Of a DNA stretch of 64,000 bases, positions 24,008-39,198 are shown one piece after another. Source of the stretch: Eledone cirrhosa (lineage: Eukaryota). The notes beneath the pieces are model-generated. The model had not been told where the DNA came from. It was given only the letters and a program-made list of their open reading frames with translations, and did not search any database. The stretch lies in NCBI GenBank assembly GCA_964016885.1, contig OZ024742.1, positions 23,560,001 through 23,624,000 of the forward strand, read 5' to 3'. Position 1 is the first letter of the stretch; each line of letters starts with the position of its first letter. The translations under genes and the position numbers were made by a program.

Positions 24008-27000
24008 CTACAGCCGCATGACCAGAGTAAGCCTACTCACACGGGCCATTCTCACCACATTCACCCACCTTTCAGCAAATGTACTGTGAGGGGGGGGGGC
24101 AACACTTCTCTCTCCACCCTCACCTTCCTTTCCAAGTGAAACTTGAAAAAGTTGATGAGGGATTGGCCGAAGAGAAAAGTGTTTATCTTCAGTCCTTTCA
24201 ACCTCGTTCACCATACAACTTCTTTCGCTACTCCCACCAGACGTGGAAAATTGCCTGCCCTTCCTGGCCAAAAGAAGATGGTGGGTCGATCTTCACTATG
24301 GACTCGGCCGATAGCCGGATCCGTTCTACACGCGACAACAGCTGTTCAACATAACTCCACAAGTCAGTAATGCACGGACACTGGACGAGTGCGTGCAGAA
24401 AGGTTTCGTCGCTCTGCGCGCATCTCGGGCAGGTCCGTCTGACAGTACTTCCGTGCCTGTAGAGTTTATCTCTAACTGGCAGTGCCGGTAGCACTACCAA
24501 GCGAGGGATTTGGGGAAATTATCCATCGTCCCCGGCTCGAAAGTCCTCCGGAACAGACTGGTTAGTTCGACTCCCAGAGCCTCTCCGAGTGCGTTGTCGC
24601 ACCTTCCCACCACTAATCATCTATAGAACTCGAGAGTGGAAGTTCCACTGACCGCATTGCCCGACTGGTAGAGTGCAGTGAGTGCCTGGCAACATTCCAG
24701 ATGCCAGTCACCCAGTCTCGGTCTCTTCTTGACCCAGGACTGCAGCTCAGTCAAAGAAACGAGCTGCGGAAAGGCCCGTCTGACAAACGGCGACCACACC
24801 TGTTCACCGTTTAGGCAGAATATCTGGAGATGCCGCAGCCTCAGCTCGTGTCTGCGCATCATTAACCACGGCATGCCCAGCCCCCCACGTAGAGGGTGCT
24901 GACAGCAGATGGACCGCCTCACCAGCAGAACCTGACCCCTCCACAAGAATTTGAAGAGGAGCCGCTCCAAGATGGCGAGGCGCGAACGGGGGCAAGAGAC
25001 GACGGTTAGACGGTAGTAGATGACGGACGTGATGTACGCTTTCGCCACCTCCGCCCGACCTTTCAGTGATAGCTTCCTCCCAGCCCATTTCTGGGTGAGA
25101 CTGGCTAGCCTGCCCGTCACCTCGTCCCAATTCTTATCCACCTGGAGGTCTGGCCCTGACTAAACCCCGAGCAACTTTACCGGTCCGTCCGTCCAGCGCC
25201 TAACGTCGCTGTTGGACCTCATGGACTTGCCTCTCCAGGTGCCGACTTGCAAGCCCACCGACCTTTCCGGGTTAAGTTTTGCTCCCGTCAATCTTTCATA
25301 TTCCTCCAATAAGTTTCCGACCACCTCGATTTCTGAGGTGTCCGACACCATCACGGTGATGTCGTCCGCATATGCCGACATGGCCTTTCCGGGTCCCGGT
25401 TCGAGCGGGATGCCCTGCAACAGCTCCAGCTTCCGCAGTAAAGGCTCGAGAGTCAATATGTACAGAAGGGAGGAGAGAGGGCACCCTTGACGGACCGATC
25501 GGGAGACCTGAAACGGTTCCCAGAGGTGGCCATTAATTTTGACCACCGCGCAGGTGCCGCTGTGCATTGCAGCGATCCAGCTTCTGAAGACGGGGCCGAA
25601 GCCAGCCGCCTTGAGGACAGCCTCTAGGTACCGATGGTCGACCCTATTGAATGCTTTCGATTGATCTAAATTGATCAGTTCCCCACCGAAGCCAGGTTTA
25701 CACACTACCCTCTCTATGATGTATCGCATTAGGTGGAGGTTGTCGTGTATGGACCTGTTTGGGATTGCGCAAATTTGCGCCTCCCCAACCAAATCACCGA
25801 CGACAAGCGCCAACCTCTTCGGTAACACCCTGGCCAAAATCTTAAACTCTGTGTTGAGCAGAATTATGGTTCTGAAATTGTCTAATGTGTCCCTCTTGTT
25901 CTCGTCTTTCCTTATCAGCGTCACTACGCCCCGGCTCACAGAACTGGGAATTCTCCCGTTTTGCTGCCAGTTGCAGTAGAGGGCTTCGAGGAGATTGGAG
26001 AACAAGTCTGGCATATTTACGTAAATTTCGTAGAGAAGACCATCAAAACCGGGTGACTTGCGCCTCATGCAGCCGACAAGGGCATCCTGAATCTCGGCTG
26101 AAGTAATTGGCCTTTCGCAGCGCCCACGTCAGCCGTCGAATGTTGCGGCAAGCCATCGAGGTAGGGACTGAATTTCGCCACTGTCTCTGACCCGCCACTC
26201 TCCCCGAACAACCGAGCAAAGTGCTGGCGAAAGGCCTCATACATCCGCTTGGAATCGCTTATCTCGTGTCCGTCTCGGTCCGCCAAAGACCGAATTGTGG
26301 TTTTATTACCACGCTGCGCCTCTGCGACACGGTCCCATCGAACAGCTTTGGCTCCCTCGTTATTCAGCGCACGCACCTTAGCTCTGACAATGCAAACTTC
26401 GTGTTTCGCATTGAAGAAATGGTCTAATCTCATTCTCGCCGCTAGCACGTCAGTTGCAATGCCACTACCAATAGCCTCGTCTAACTTATGTACCAACTCC
26501 CCCTCCTTTCTATTTTTCTCTAACGCTACATCTTCGACATTACTCTAATCTCTCTTTTGAGAGCCCCCCACCATCTATTGTTGACGACTCCCCCTGTCAA
26601 CTTTTGTTAACTAAATTGTTGACCTGGCCCCGGTAAGCCTTACGTGCCGGAAATGACATGTTTAGCTTCCTGTAACCAGGTCCTAACCTACGCGTCTTAT
26701 CTAGGTCGACCATACAGATCACAAACTTGGGTTCTGAATAGGCGACCGTTTTAATACGTGGACAGCTTACACTATTTCTGTCAATTTCCTAATGAATAGC
26801 CTGTCTATATACGATCTAGATGACCCTATGCGGTTAGTCCAGGTCCACATTGGCGTATTAGGGAAATCTAGTCGGTACCTGTCAGACAGTTGGAACTGAC
26901 TGATCAGGTTTTTGAGGCTTTTGCACCCCCGCTCATAGCGGATACTCCCACACAGTCACAGCGTGCGTCTAAGATGCCGTTCCAGTCCACCTCTAACAGT

Positions 27001-27404
27001 AAAGGGCGAGACGTACCCAGAAAAGCTTCCAGGCGTCTAAAGAAGTCCGGCGTCCTGCCCCAGTAGGGGCATAGACGGCCACCAGTCTAAAGGCACCACC
27101 TTCATTATTGTTCACATCCAGGACCACCAACTTCCCGTCCGGGTCCCGGAAGATCGACCTTCCTCGAGATCGAAGCCTTTCCTAAACAGCACTGCCACCC
27201 CGCCTCCCATTCCCAGCCGGCTAACAGATGCAAAGATCTGATAGCCGTCGAAAATGGGGGCTAGTGCGCGCGTGTCGGAAATCCTGGTCTCGCTGACGGC
27301 AATTACATCCATTTCTAGAGACCTGAGGTCGTGAGCAGGTAACCCTGCTTCCAGGATGATCCCAGGCCTCGAACATTTAAACTTTCTACTCTTAATACGG
27401 TCAT
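24008..27404 (-). pseudogene. LINE ORF2 (AP endonuclease, reverse transcriptase, C-terminal CCHC), multiple frameshifts
   Basis: MTVLRVESLNVRGL start; VIAVSET, GGGVAVLF; KSPGFDGL, LLNTEFKILARVL, DQSKAFNRVDH, SVRQGCPLS, AYADDITV, LLGV; CPRCAQSDETFLHALVQCP; spread across several frames. Confidence 0.93.
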
Positions 27405-27429
27405 GTTGGCCGGTTAAAAAGAGAGAGAG

Positions 27430-29174
27430 GTTTACTTACCTTCCGGGCTCTCGTGAAGGTCGTGCTACGAGGGCCATCAGCTCCTTGTTGGCCCTCATGA
27501 CGACCACAAAGTTTTGTATGTTTTTTGATGTGATTTTATTTGTTTCGTAGCTGTTGTGGTGATGGTTTTGGTGGTGTTGTTTCGGTTGTGTCTGTGTTTG
27601 TTGTGAGTGCGGTGTCTAGTTTCAGTTGTTTGTGTGTGTATTTGTTCTTGCGTCTGTTTAGGTTGTTTGAGTTGGGGGGGATTCTGGTGATGGTGATGGT
27701 GGTGGTGGTGTTGATGTTGGTGTTATTGGAGAGATGTTTTCGTGGGGGGTACTGCATTTTTTATTGTGGGTGATTTTGTGCTTTGTTGAGTTTTGTTTTT
27801 CATTTTGTGTTTCCTTTTTTGTATTTTGGGGGATTTTGGTTTTCCATCATCTTCACTACTGGTAGATGAGGGGTCTGTGTCTGTAAGTGTGTCTGTGTGT
27901 GTATTTATAGTTTTATTGGTGTGCCTATTTTGGGGGCTTGGGGAAATTTGACAAACTTCCTCGTCGTTTCACCCCTGGGTGGTCAATGTTGGCGCTGGTC
28001 TTTCTGTTGGTGTTGTTGTTGTTGGTTTTGCCGGTGCTGGTGTTGGTTTTGGTCCGCGCCCGGCGTCGGCAGCAGTGGAGCCTTTCGACCCCTTGCCTCT
28101 TTCAGCAGTTGAGGGCAGAAGGCTCGCAAATGGATTTTGTCCCCACAAACAAAACAATGCAGCCTTTAGCCCTCGGTCATAATATGAATGACCGTCCCAT
28201 TTTGAACGCGGGTGTGGACCGGGATTGTCTTCACATTGTCGGGCCTGATCTGGAGAAGAATCTCCAGTTCAACCCCAGACGAATCCTCTCTGGCCGTTCT
28301 GCTCACTTATATCGGGACGGTATCCGTCTCCTCCACAATCACACATCCAAGAAGTCACCACATGTCAAGTCCTGATGGGATTAATGTGGAAGGGGTACAT
28401 TATGACCTTGCTGGTTTTGCAAGGAGTGATAGCGTGTTTCATAGCGAGGGCTTCTGACTTGAACAGCATCGAAATGGTGCCGTACTGTCTGCCCCTCGCT
28501 ATGTATCCGGTGTCTTCTCTGATACACCTAAGCGCGACTTCGAAATCTGCTTGTGGGATTAAAGCTGCCCTTTTGGTTTGTGCTGAGATGCATCTATAAT
28601 GCACCGTTCTGCGCTCCATGGCCTCAATAGCTTCTACCGGGACAGTTAAGTTGGCCCAGGTTTGCTCTTGCTTGATGAGCTTCCATGCCTGGGCCTACTT
28701 TTCATCGTTGTTTGAGAGGTCCATGTTGAAGCATGGCCTCTTCTTTGCTGCTGCCGCAGCGAAAGTGTTCTTCTTGTTGTCGTTGGGGGTGTTATTGCCG
28801 TTGTCGTTGTTCTTGTTGGTGTTGTTGTTATCACTGTCGCTGTTATCATTATTGTCTTTGTTGCCACCGTTGTACTCGGTGCAGTTGGTATTGTTGCAGT
28901 TGGTGTTGTTGCTATTTGTTTTCATGTTAGTGGTGTTGATATTGTTGTTGCATTTGTCATTTTTTTTTTTGTTATCTGTATTTTCGTTGTCGCTGTTACT
29001 GTCATTTTTTTTCAAAATTAGAGTTCTCATTGGTATCATTAGTGTCTTTGTTTACATTGTTTGTGGTGGTGTTTGTGTTATCAATTTGTGTTAATTTTGC
29101 CGTAGCGCTCCTCTCAACTTCTACGTGGTTGTCGCACGACAGTAGACATATCGCTGGGGGCGTGGCTCAGCCAT
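27430..29174 (-). pseudogene. LINE ORF1 (gag-like) with CCHC zinc knuckle, frameshifted; ends approximate
   Basis: CFVCGDKIHLRAFCP (CX2CX4HX4C) at ~28112-28156; N/T-rich low-complexity N-terminal region; lies upstream of ORF2. Confidence 0.75.
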
Positions 29175-29459
29175 GTTTTTTTTTTCTCGATAATTTTTTA
29201 AAATGTAAAAAAGTTCAAATATTTGGGCCAAAAGGCACAAATATTATTCTTTCCCCTTCACAGGGCAAAGCCCAAGGGCTTGTATGCCTTACACAACAAC
29301 AAAACAATCAATAAATTAGTGTTGATAGGTAAATATTTGAACTTACGGGAGCGAGCAAAAAGACGTCCGTTCAGACTCAATAATAATAATAATAATAATA
29401 ATAATTCTACTATTACTACTACTAATACTCTTACTATACATTATTAATATTATTATTAC

Positions 29460-30535
29460 CATGGTGGATTTGCAGTATCGGTAGAGTGTCGGACGCCATG
29501 CTTTGCAGCAAAGAGTTGCGGCCCTTTATGGTCTGAGTTCAAATTCCGCCGAGGTTAACTTTGCTTTCCATCATTACGGGGTCGATAAAATAAAGTACCA
29601 GTAATACACTTGGATAATTGCTGACCTTGTGCCAAAAGTAGAAACAATTATTTCCATGGATGGTAGGGTAGGTTATTGGCAGTACCGGTAGAGCGTCGGA
29701 CACCATGCTTTGCAGCATCGATTTACGGGCCTTTCAAGTCTGAGTTCAAATCCTACCGTGGTTACCTTTGCTTTTCATCCTTACGGCATCGATACTATAC
29801 AGTTCCAATAATGCACTGGGGTCGATTTAATCGATTTTCCCAGCCCCCAAATTGCTGGCCTTTTGCCTATAGTAGAAATAATTATTATAATCGTTGTTGT
29901 TTGAAATCAAATCAGGGCGTGGTTAGGTTTGCCTTTTATCCTCCCGAGATCGATCAAATAAAGCACCAGTAACATAACGTGGTCTATTTAATCGACTATC
30001 CTCTTACCCTAAATTAATGGCCTCGGGTTACACTAGAAATCATTATTAATATTATTGTAAGGGCGGTGAATTGGCAGTATCGGTAGAGGGTCGGACGCCA
30101 TGCTTTGACGCATAGATTTCAGCCCTTGCCATTCTAAGTTCAAATCCTGTCGAGGTTAACTTTGCCTTTCATCCTTACGGGGTCGATAAAATAAAGTACC
30201 AGTAATACACTATTTAATAGCCGGCCTTGTGCCTAACGTAGAAACAATTATTAATATTATTGTATAAATAAAATTTTCTAGTATAGGCCCGAGGTCAGTA
30301 ATGTAGGGGTTGAGCAAAGTCGATTAAATCGACCCCAGTATCGTAAGGGCGGTGGATTGGCAGTATCGGTAGACGGTCTGACGCCATGCTTTGGAGCAAA
30401 GAGTTATGGCCCTTTATGGTCTGAATTCAAATCCCGGCGAGGTTAACTTTGCCTTTCATCCTTACGGAATCGATAAAATAAAGTACCAGTAATACACTGG
30501 GATAATTGCTGGCCTTGTGCCAAAAGTAGAAACTT
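29460..30535 (+). mobile_element. Cluster of ~5 head-to-tail OK-type SINE copies
   Basis: Repeated tggcagtatcggtagag..tcggacgccatgc..gagttcaaat..gttaactttgcctttcatcc units at ~29460, 29660, 29915 (partial), 30059 and 30345. Confidence 0.85.
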
Positions 30536-30827
30536 TTAATAGTATTGTTTTTTGTTGCTGTCCTCAACGTCGTTAGATTTACTTTCTCGTGAAATCATTG
30601 TAATCCAAGCTCCATCTTTCTTTTTCCGATTATGCAGTAAGTTTTTCCTTGTTGAATGACATTTCATTTCACTGTACTTGGCGCATGTTTATTATATAGT
30701 TATCAATTCTATTGCTAGCTAAATCAACAGAGCGTTAGCTAAACTTACTGTAAGTAAATGTCAGTATGATGAGGAGGCAGTATGGCATATTTTGAAGATA
30801 GATTGTGGAAAAATGAAAGATGTTGAT

Positions 30828-31437
30828 AATATGAAAAAATGATTAAATAATCACCTGTTCAGATGCTGTTACCGACGGTTTCATCATTCCGAAAGATTGG
30901 AAATCCAACGAATTTCCAATTTAATCATTTTTTAATTTATTTAGAAAATTGTTTAATAACCGTTTGTTTCGCTACTTTTATATTGTTCTGATATCTCGAA
31001 TTAGTGCCATTGAACCACATGTATTATAAACAACTTGAATATTTCTACAAGTACATTGTACCTGTTGAAGTATCCATCCACTTCTATAATTTATTCTCCT
31101 TATGTAGAGAACAAAACGTTGAATAATGCTGCTAATTTTAGTAGCAATTCGACATGTTTATAATATCCAGCTTTTATCAGCGACCTGATTTGCGTGTGTG
31201 TCACTTTAACGGCTTGACCGCATGCGTTGGGCAGGGAGCATAATATTTACTTGCTATACCTTATAGCGTGGAAATAGGGCTGTCTGAAGATACATTTCTT
31301 TCCATTGGAAATTCGTTGGATTTCCAATCTTTCGGAATGATGAAACCGTCGGTAACAGCATCTGAACAGGTGATTATTTAATCATTTTTTAATTCATTTA
31401 GAAAATTGTTTAATAACCGTTTGTTTCGCTACTTTTA
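30828..31437 (+). mobile_element. Family H pLTR/retrozyme-like insertion: inverted piece plus monomer plus partial repeat
   Basis: ~30837-30920 is the reverse complement of ~31304-31388; 30921-30981 repeats at 31378-31437; TA on the right. Confidence 0.75.
31279..31359 (+). ncRNA. Type I hammerhead, family H
   Basis: GCUGU-CUGAAGA-UA CAUUUC..AUUGGAAAU../..AUUUCCAAU..GGAAUG AU-GAA-ACC guc GGU-A-ACAGC; predicted cut after 31354. Confidence 0.75.
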
Positions 31438-31822
31438 TATATATATATATATATATATAAATGTGTGTGTGTGTGTGTATATGTATATATAAGTATATTT
31501 TCGTATGTACGCATGTATCTATATTTCTATATATGTATGTATTCCTGTATTTATATATGTATGTATAAACCTTCTATATCTAGCTACACAAAAGATATAG
31601 AGGAATGTACATGCTGGAAAAATAGACACTCAAGATTTTACTAAAGAATATAATTGTCACGCGATAAAGTGAAGTTGTCTTAATTGTGATGGTGCCAGTT
31701 TCTAAATCAAATATTTCCTGAATTTAATAAGATGACGATGTGAATGGGGTCAGGTTGCTATATCTTTCAATTCCATAACTTCCCTATTTAACCCCACATC
31801 CCCTATCTCCCCTCTCACTCTG

Positions 31823-32718
<896 letters not shown>

Positions 32719-33354
32719 AAATATATATAATACACACGTGAAGGGAAGGGAAGACAGGAAGGGAAGACAGAAATATATATATATAATACACACGTGTGTG
32801 TATGTGTGTGTATGCGCGCGCGTTACACATTCTCCTGCCAGCTCCTTCTTCATACACTCTGAAGAATTGGACTATTGCATGCCTGGAACCAAGAGACACA
32901 CACATCAGAATCTAACGAACTTAACCTTTCTAAGAATAACCAATTCACTATTATAAAGCAGAATCTAGAGAGAAAAACAACAAAGAGTTATTATTAATAT
33001 TTAAATTTTAATTGTATTAATAATTGTTTCTACTTTAGGCACAAGGCCAGCAATTATCCAGTGCATTACTGGTACTTTATTTTATAACCCTTTATTATTG
33101 ATGACATGTGTTAATATACGCAATAGAATATAGAAGAATATATAATATAGAACATTTATATGTTGATCGAGCTGTATAATAAACGATGGGGCTCAGTCAC
33201 CTAATACAATATATTGATATGTACTTAACATTTACTACACAACCATTCCACTAAGACGCTTGATTACAGAATCTCCGGTTGCTTGTTACTTGCCACTCCT
33301 ATGGGTATTCTTCAATATTTCTTTTGCATTTCATCTTCTCTCTCTCTCTCTCTA

Positions 33355-33409
<55 letters not shown>

Positions 33410-34174
33410 ACCTCTACCCTTCTACTTCTCTCTGTTTCTTTCTCTCTCAATCCATCTTTCTCTCATATTCTCATTCTTTGCAAAGAGACAACTGGGGAGA
33501 GGTGGGCTCCACCATGTTTGAAATTCCTGAGACACCGAAAGTCACCGCAGCACACCTACATCTCTATCATGAATTACGGGTTCATACATACATTAATAAG
33601 AAGCAGGTAGTTCTTCATAGCATGAGCGAAAACATAAATCCTGCTCGTCCTTAAAACACTGGTGTATTATGGATTTACCTTTGAGTAGAGACATGTTAAA
33701 TCATAGTGTATTATTGATGTAAACAAACCTATATATACGTGTCTCTTCCTGCAACTCTTAATGGAGTCGTAGGGACGCCGTATTGAGATACAGCGTTTCT
33801 AGAGCAGTTTGCAACCTCATGGAGCCCATTTCCACTCCAAGTCTGAATACAGCAGATTTTTTCCAATGAAGGATAGATTGAGAGACAGAAAAGAAGTGAG
33901 AAAGAGATATAGAGGAAGAATCGACCCAGTAGTCAACCAATACTTTTTTATCGACTTCAAATGGATGAAAGACAAAGTTTACTTCAGTCGGATTTCAACA
34001 GAGAGAGCAGAATGCCTAAACGAATAACGCAAAGCATTCTATCTAACAACTCTGCCGCCTCAACAAACATAAGAATTGTGACAGAATTTCATGTATATTC
34101 CTTTCTGTTTGCTTCGATTAGAACGTGGATCTCACATCCCATACTAGCTTCGCCCTTATTGCTCGATTATCAGG

Positions 34175-34677
34175 ACTAGCAGAACCCCCCTCCCCATTCG
34201 GGTGGTTTTCTGCTAGCATGTGTAGTGTGTATATATGCATGTATATATGAATGTATATATGCAAGAATATATGCATATAGATATGATACATCAAATAAAA
34301 TCGTAATTGACAATATACACACAAATTGAACGAAGACTGTGTTACACCCCCTTATGTAATCAGTAACGTAATCCGTGATACATTAAAAAAAGACGATATT
34401 ATATATAAACTGCATTGGGAGAAAATTAATGACGGAAATATATGAATGTTTATTTAAGCGTTCGCTAACCGGAAGTGGTGAAATTTGAAAATGTTAAAGA
34501 AGTGAATTTTAAAATAAACAATAAAATATATTTGATCAACAGCCACGAAATTTAGTAGATAAATTATATAATATTCATTCATCATTTATTCGACGTAATC
34601 CAACTTATTTTACTAATGGGATAAAAAAGTATAAAGCGTACGCAGACCTACACTCCTTGCTTTATTATAGTTTAGAT
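34175..34677 (+). mobile_element. Helentron-like non-autonomous element
   Basis: ACTAGCAGAACC...GGTTTTCTGCTAG start hairpin; ends gctttattatagtttagat. Confidence 0.45.
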
Positions 34678-36147
34678 GATGGTATATGTAAAGATCTGGT
34701 TAACGTGGGAGCATATCGCATAATAAAAAATTGTGCAATGGTTGCCAAGGTTTGCGACTAGAGATGGAGTTTTTTGTGTGTGTGTGTTTCTTTTAAATGT
34801 ATAGAACAACCACTGCGTAGGCATTGCGTGCAAAATCTGGAATTAAGAAGAATTGATGAAGCCGCTAAAAATGTTATATGAGTTGTTATCACGTGCTTTT
34901 AAAATAGCCAGTTTCAGAATTTACTGAGCAAGAAAGTCTTGAGAACTATTGATATTCGTTCGTTTATTTAATGACCTATCTTTAAAGGATTTGTTGAATG
35001 TTTCGATAAAATGTGTCGGTTTTTGAAAAATATCATATTTGCTTTTTATGCATAATCTGGTGTTCTTTGGAGGTCCATAGTATCATATTTGAAGGATTAC
35101 TCTTCACATTTAAATAATTTTAACACGAACTCTTGAGAGCCTTGGACGACATTTGGTGCTGTGCTCATCAAACCTCTTTAAAACAACACAACGGTTTTCA
35201 ACAAGATATTACAAGTTGCACTTTTAAATATAACCCTTTTGTTAAAGAAAAAATAAACCGTCAGTGATCTTAAGATTCATGATATCTGACCTCCACAATA
35301 TTAAAACATAATTATCGCGGATTGTTGAGTTAACTAGTGGACAGTGTTCTTTAAAATATATTCGAGTCAACTCCTTTGAAGAAGCTAGAATTCATTATGA
35401 GTAACAACATGATAATTTTCGACTACTTCCACAAAGATATGTTTCACTGATTTGGTATCTATAAATTTGAGATGCAACTTATTTACAAATAAGCTAAATT
35501 GAGATATAACAACTTATAAAGCTGAATTATAAATTATTGAATCAGATCTAATTATGCAGAAAACATGCATAAAACTATGTACTGAAAATTTACAATTTTA
35601 TTCTCAAAATCTTTCTCTGAGTGAATTATTTTGCGACAATAACAATGCTTTCTGATTAAAACCCAAGGTCATAATTTTCGAAGGGAGAAACAAACAGAAT
35701 GTGAGAGATAGGAAGGGAAGAAAAGATTTAGAGGAAGAATCTACCTCAGTTGTTGACTAGTAATTTTTTATCCATCTCGAATGGATGAAAGTCAAGGTTG
35801 ACCTTGGTCGGATTACAACTCTGAGAGCAGAGAGCCGAAGTTAATACTGCATAACATTCTGTCGTACTTTGTAACGAATCTGCCAATCCACTGTCTAACG
35901 GTTCTATATAACCCACGTCTACTTTTATTGACATTTTGGTGTAATTAACATAATACTACATCTAACCAATGTCATACACTTGTTATCTTAATGCATTTAC
36001 ACCAACACGCTTCCACCTTTTAAATAGTTTTAGTCCTAGCACGAAATTCCAATTGCTTATATTCACACTGGTTAAATTATTTACACTGCAACCGCCATGT
36101 TTCTTGCTCCGATACACGCATTAGTATAATATTTCAAAATAAAACTG

Positions 36148-36216
<69 letters not shown>

Positions 36217-36587
36217 CTTGCCTGTGTTTATACATTCATATATGTGTATGTGTACAGCGAGAAAGAGAGAAAGAAATAGGGAGACAGACAGGAAGAGGCT
36301 TTGTGTACATGCATACAAGAGATAGTGTTTATGTGCGTTGGAGATAGAGAATATGTGAATGTGAAAGGATGTATGCATGTGTGTGTGTTTGTGCATGTGA
36401 AAGATAGTGTATAGGCTTGAAGGATGTTGGGGTTATGTGTATGTTTATGTATGTATGTATAGGAGAGAGAAAGTTGTGGAGGTATGTTTTTATGTTTCTG
36501 AACATGTGTGAGTGGATAAGAGAGAATGTATATGAGTGAATGTATATGTGTGTATGAGTGAGTCAGTGTCGGTGTCAGGGTCAGGGT

Positions 36588-36730
<143 letters not shown>

Positions 36731-37699
36731 GCAGCATGGTCGATTGTTTAAGAAGTTCACCTCGCAATCTGTATGTCCTGTGCTCGATCCATTACCGGAC
36801 ATCTTAGAGAAGGTGTCATGTACCATAGCCAGGAGTGGACAATTTCATCGGGGTGGGGGATTTGGCAGACGGAAACTGCTTGGAAGTCTGTCTGATAGAC
36901 CTTGATAATAATTCAAAGAGTGTAATGTTTCTGAATCTAACTCCCTAAAGATTACTCTAAAACGTTTAAGAACAACATAAGCCTCAATGGCTACCATATA
37001 TGGTTCTTGATTTAGGCACAAGACCAACAATTTGGGGGATGGGAAAATCGAATTAACCGATCCCCGTGCGTTACTGGTACTTTATTTTATCAACCTTGTA
37101 AGGATGAAAAGCAAAGCTAACCTTGACGGGGTTTGAAATCAGAATTTAATGGGCTGAAACTACATGCCATAAAGCATGGTATACAACGCTCTACCGATTT
37201 TGCCAATCCACCGCCCTCAATGTCTATTGTATATATGAAACACTGGTATAGACGCCTGGTTGGTACGAAATAATGCCTGAAATCAGATAACTACTATTTA
37301 TTGGGTGACCAGTAAGAAAGATCGATCGTTGTCTTCTGCATCAAGCACATTATTTCAAATATTCAAAGTGTAGGAAATCGTTGGAAACATTCATTCTTCA
37401 AAAGAAGTGAATGCCCATATAAGGTCAACTAAGGTTTATCTATTATCTAAGGTTCGTCCATTATATAGCGTTCATGTATTTTTTTTCTCTCTCTCTCTTA
37501 TGATGTACTATGATTGTGATCATCTATTGACTCTCATATTTCTTTTTCAAGTTGAAATAATTTAAACAATTAATGGCTTCCAGCTTTGTTTATTAGCCAT
37601 GGTGAGAGTTTAATAGTTCCGGCTGCGTCATAGCAGAATTTGAGAGCAGATTTAAGAGGAACCCATTAACTCCTTCAGTACAAAATTTAGAAACATTAT

Positions 37700-38180
37700 T
37701 ACTGATGAGACAAAATGCTTTTTTTCAGAAAAAACGAAAGAAATACATTTAATATGATGTGAGAGATCTTGTCAATGGATAAGAGGGCAAAGGAAAGTAC
37801 AAGACATCATAGAAGAGATTAAGATGATAAAATGGAGATGGACAGGACAGGTGGCAAGAACAAATGAAAATGGATGAACAAAGCTATATAGAGAATAAAG
37901 ATCAATGAGGGACATGTTCCCGTAGTTTGATAAGACATAAAGGGAGATGGAGAGAGAGGGGGTGATGATAGAGAGAGTGAGAAAGAGTAAGAGAGATAGG
38001 TTTGTGAGTGCTACTTGGATGAAAATAACTTTGAAACAATTGGCACCGAATTCAGAAGGTCTTTGCCATACGGTGGACGGATAATGGATGAACATGATCA
38101 TGATTTATATTAAGATAATGATGATGATGATGATGATGATAATAATGTTAATGATGATGAGGATGATGATGATGATGATG
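37700..38180 (+). pseudogene. RTE-type LINE 3' fragment with (TGA)n tail
   Basis: Manual translation WIRGQRKVQDIIEEIKMIKWRWTGQVART resembles the RTE C-terminal KWRWAGHVAR motif; followed by (GAT)n. Confidence 0.7.
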
Positions 38181-38984
38181 AAATATAAGTGAAAACAAGA
38201 ATGTTTATAAAATAAGGGAATGGCAGTGCCTATATAGCTAAATGAAGTATTTCCTCCCTGTTAATATATATTTTCTTATGTTACCACTGTTTCTAAGGTA
38301 TACAACAATATCTAGCTTCATTAATGAGTAGGGTGACCAGAGTAACCATTTGGTAGACTTTATTTCATGTACAATGGGGGCATGTCATCTGAAAACACAT
38401 ACTCAATGGCAGAGATACGAGTTGTGTATCCAAATCCCTTAGTGACTGTCATTGGTAACTTAGGTAACTTAACATGTACTGATCTGTAAATTAAAGAGAA
38501 GCTTAAGTCACAAATAATAGTTTCCATGCTTCCATGTTTCCGTTTACTCCTGTGGAGTCACATAGAGTCGTTACTGGCATACGACTTTACGTGGGCATCT
38601 TAGGCTTGGTGGAGCCTTTCACTCTCCAGGCCTGGATACAGCAGATTTCTGCCGGATATGGATAGAAAGTGAAGGAGAGGAAGTACGAAAGAAATCTAGA
38701 GCGAGAATTGACCCCAGTATTGGATTGGTACTTTTTTTATCGACCTCGAAAGGATGAGAGGCAAAGTTGACTTCAGCGGAATTTAAACTCAGAGAACAAA
38801 GAGCCGAAACGATGATCACAAAGCATTCTATCAGAGGTTCTAACGACTCGTCACCTAAATAATATTTTAAGACAATAAATTAGAAGCTATAATTGAACTG
38901 TGAAAGTAGTAAATTAACTGAAAACCAGTATTTAATATTGACCAGGCTATGTTCACTTTGCTCTTCCTTCCTGTCTCAATATAA

Positions 38985-39198
38985 TTATTTCTACTTTTGG
39001 CACAAGGCCAGCAATTACCCCAGTGCAATTATTTCTACTTTTGGCACAAGGCCAGCAATTACCCCAGTACTTTATTTTATCGACCCCGTAGGGATGAAAG
39101 GCAAAGTTAACCTAGGCGGGATTTGAACTCAGAATGACAAGGGCCGTACCTCTGTGTCAAAGCATGGAGTCCGACCCTCTACCGATACTGCCAATCCA
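38985..39198 (-). mobile_element. OK-type SINE with a duplicated 41-bp tail; further copies at ~33915, 35745, 37010, 38705, 42600, 43530, 56475, 59170 (-) and 40390, 40925, 55450 (+)
   Basis: Same consensus as 14815-15007; aattatttctacttttggcacaaggccagcaattaccccagt occurs twice in tandem. Confidence 0.8.

Larger units (their letters stand above)
23737..29378 (-). mobile_element. Tx1/L1-clade non-LTR retrotransposon, near full length, inactivated
   Basis: ORF1 with zinc knuckle, ORF2 APE-RT-CCHC, AATAAA just before the 3' junction; flanked by (AAT)n/(TAC)n microsatellite. Confidence 0.93.

Noticed and set aside
29460-30535. tRNA genes
   Set aside because: The A/B boxes belong to SINE heads; no cloverleaf or acceptor stem.
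34700-35600. Possible decayed TIR-domain-like coding sequence
   Set aside because: Only a vague resemblance with many stops; cannot be supported without a search.
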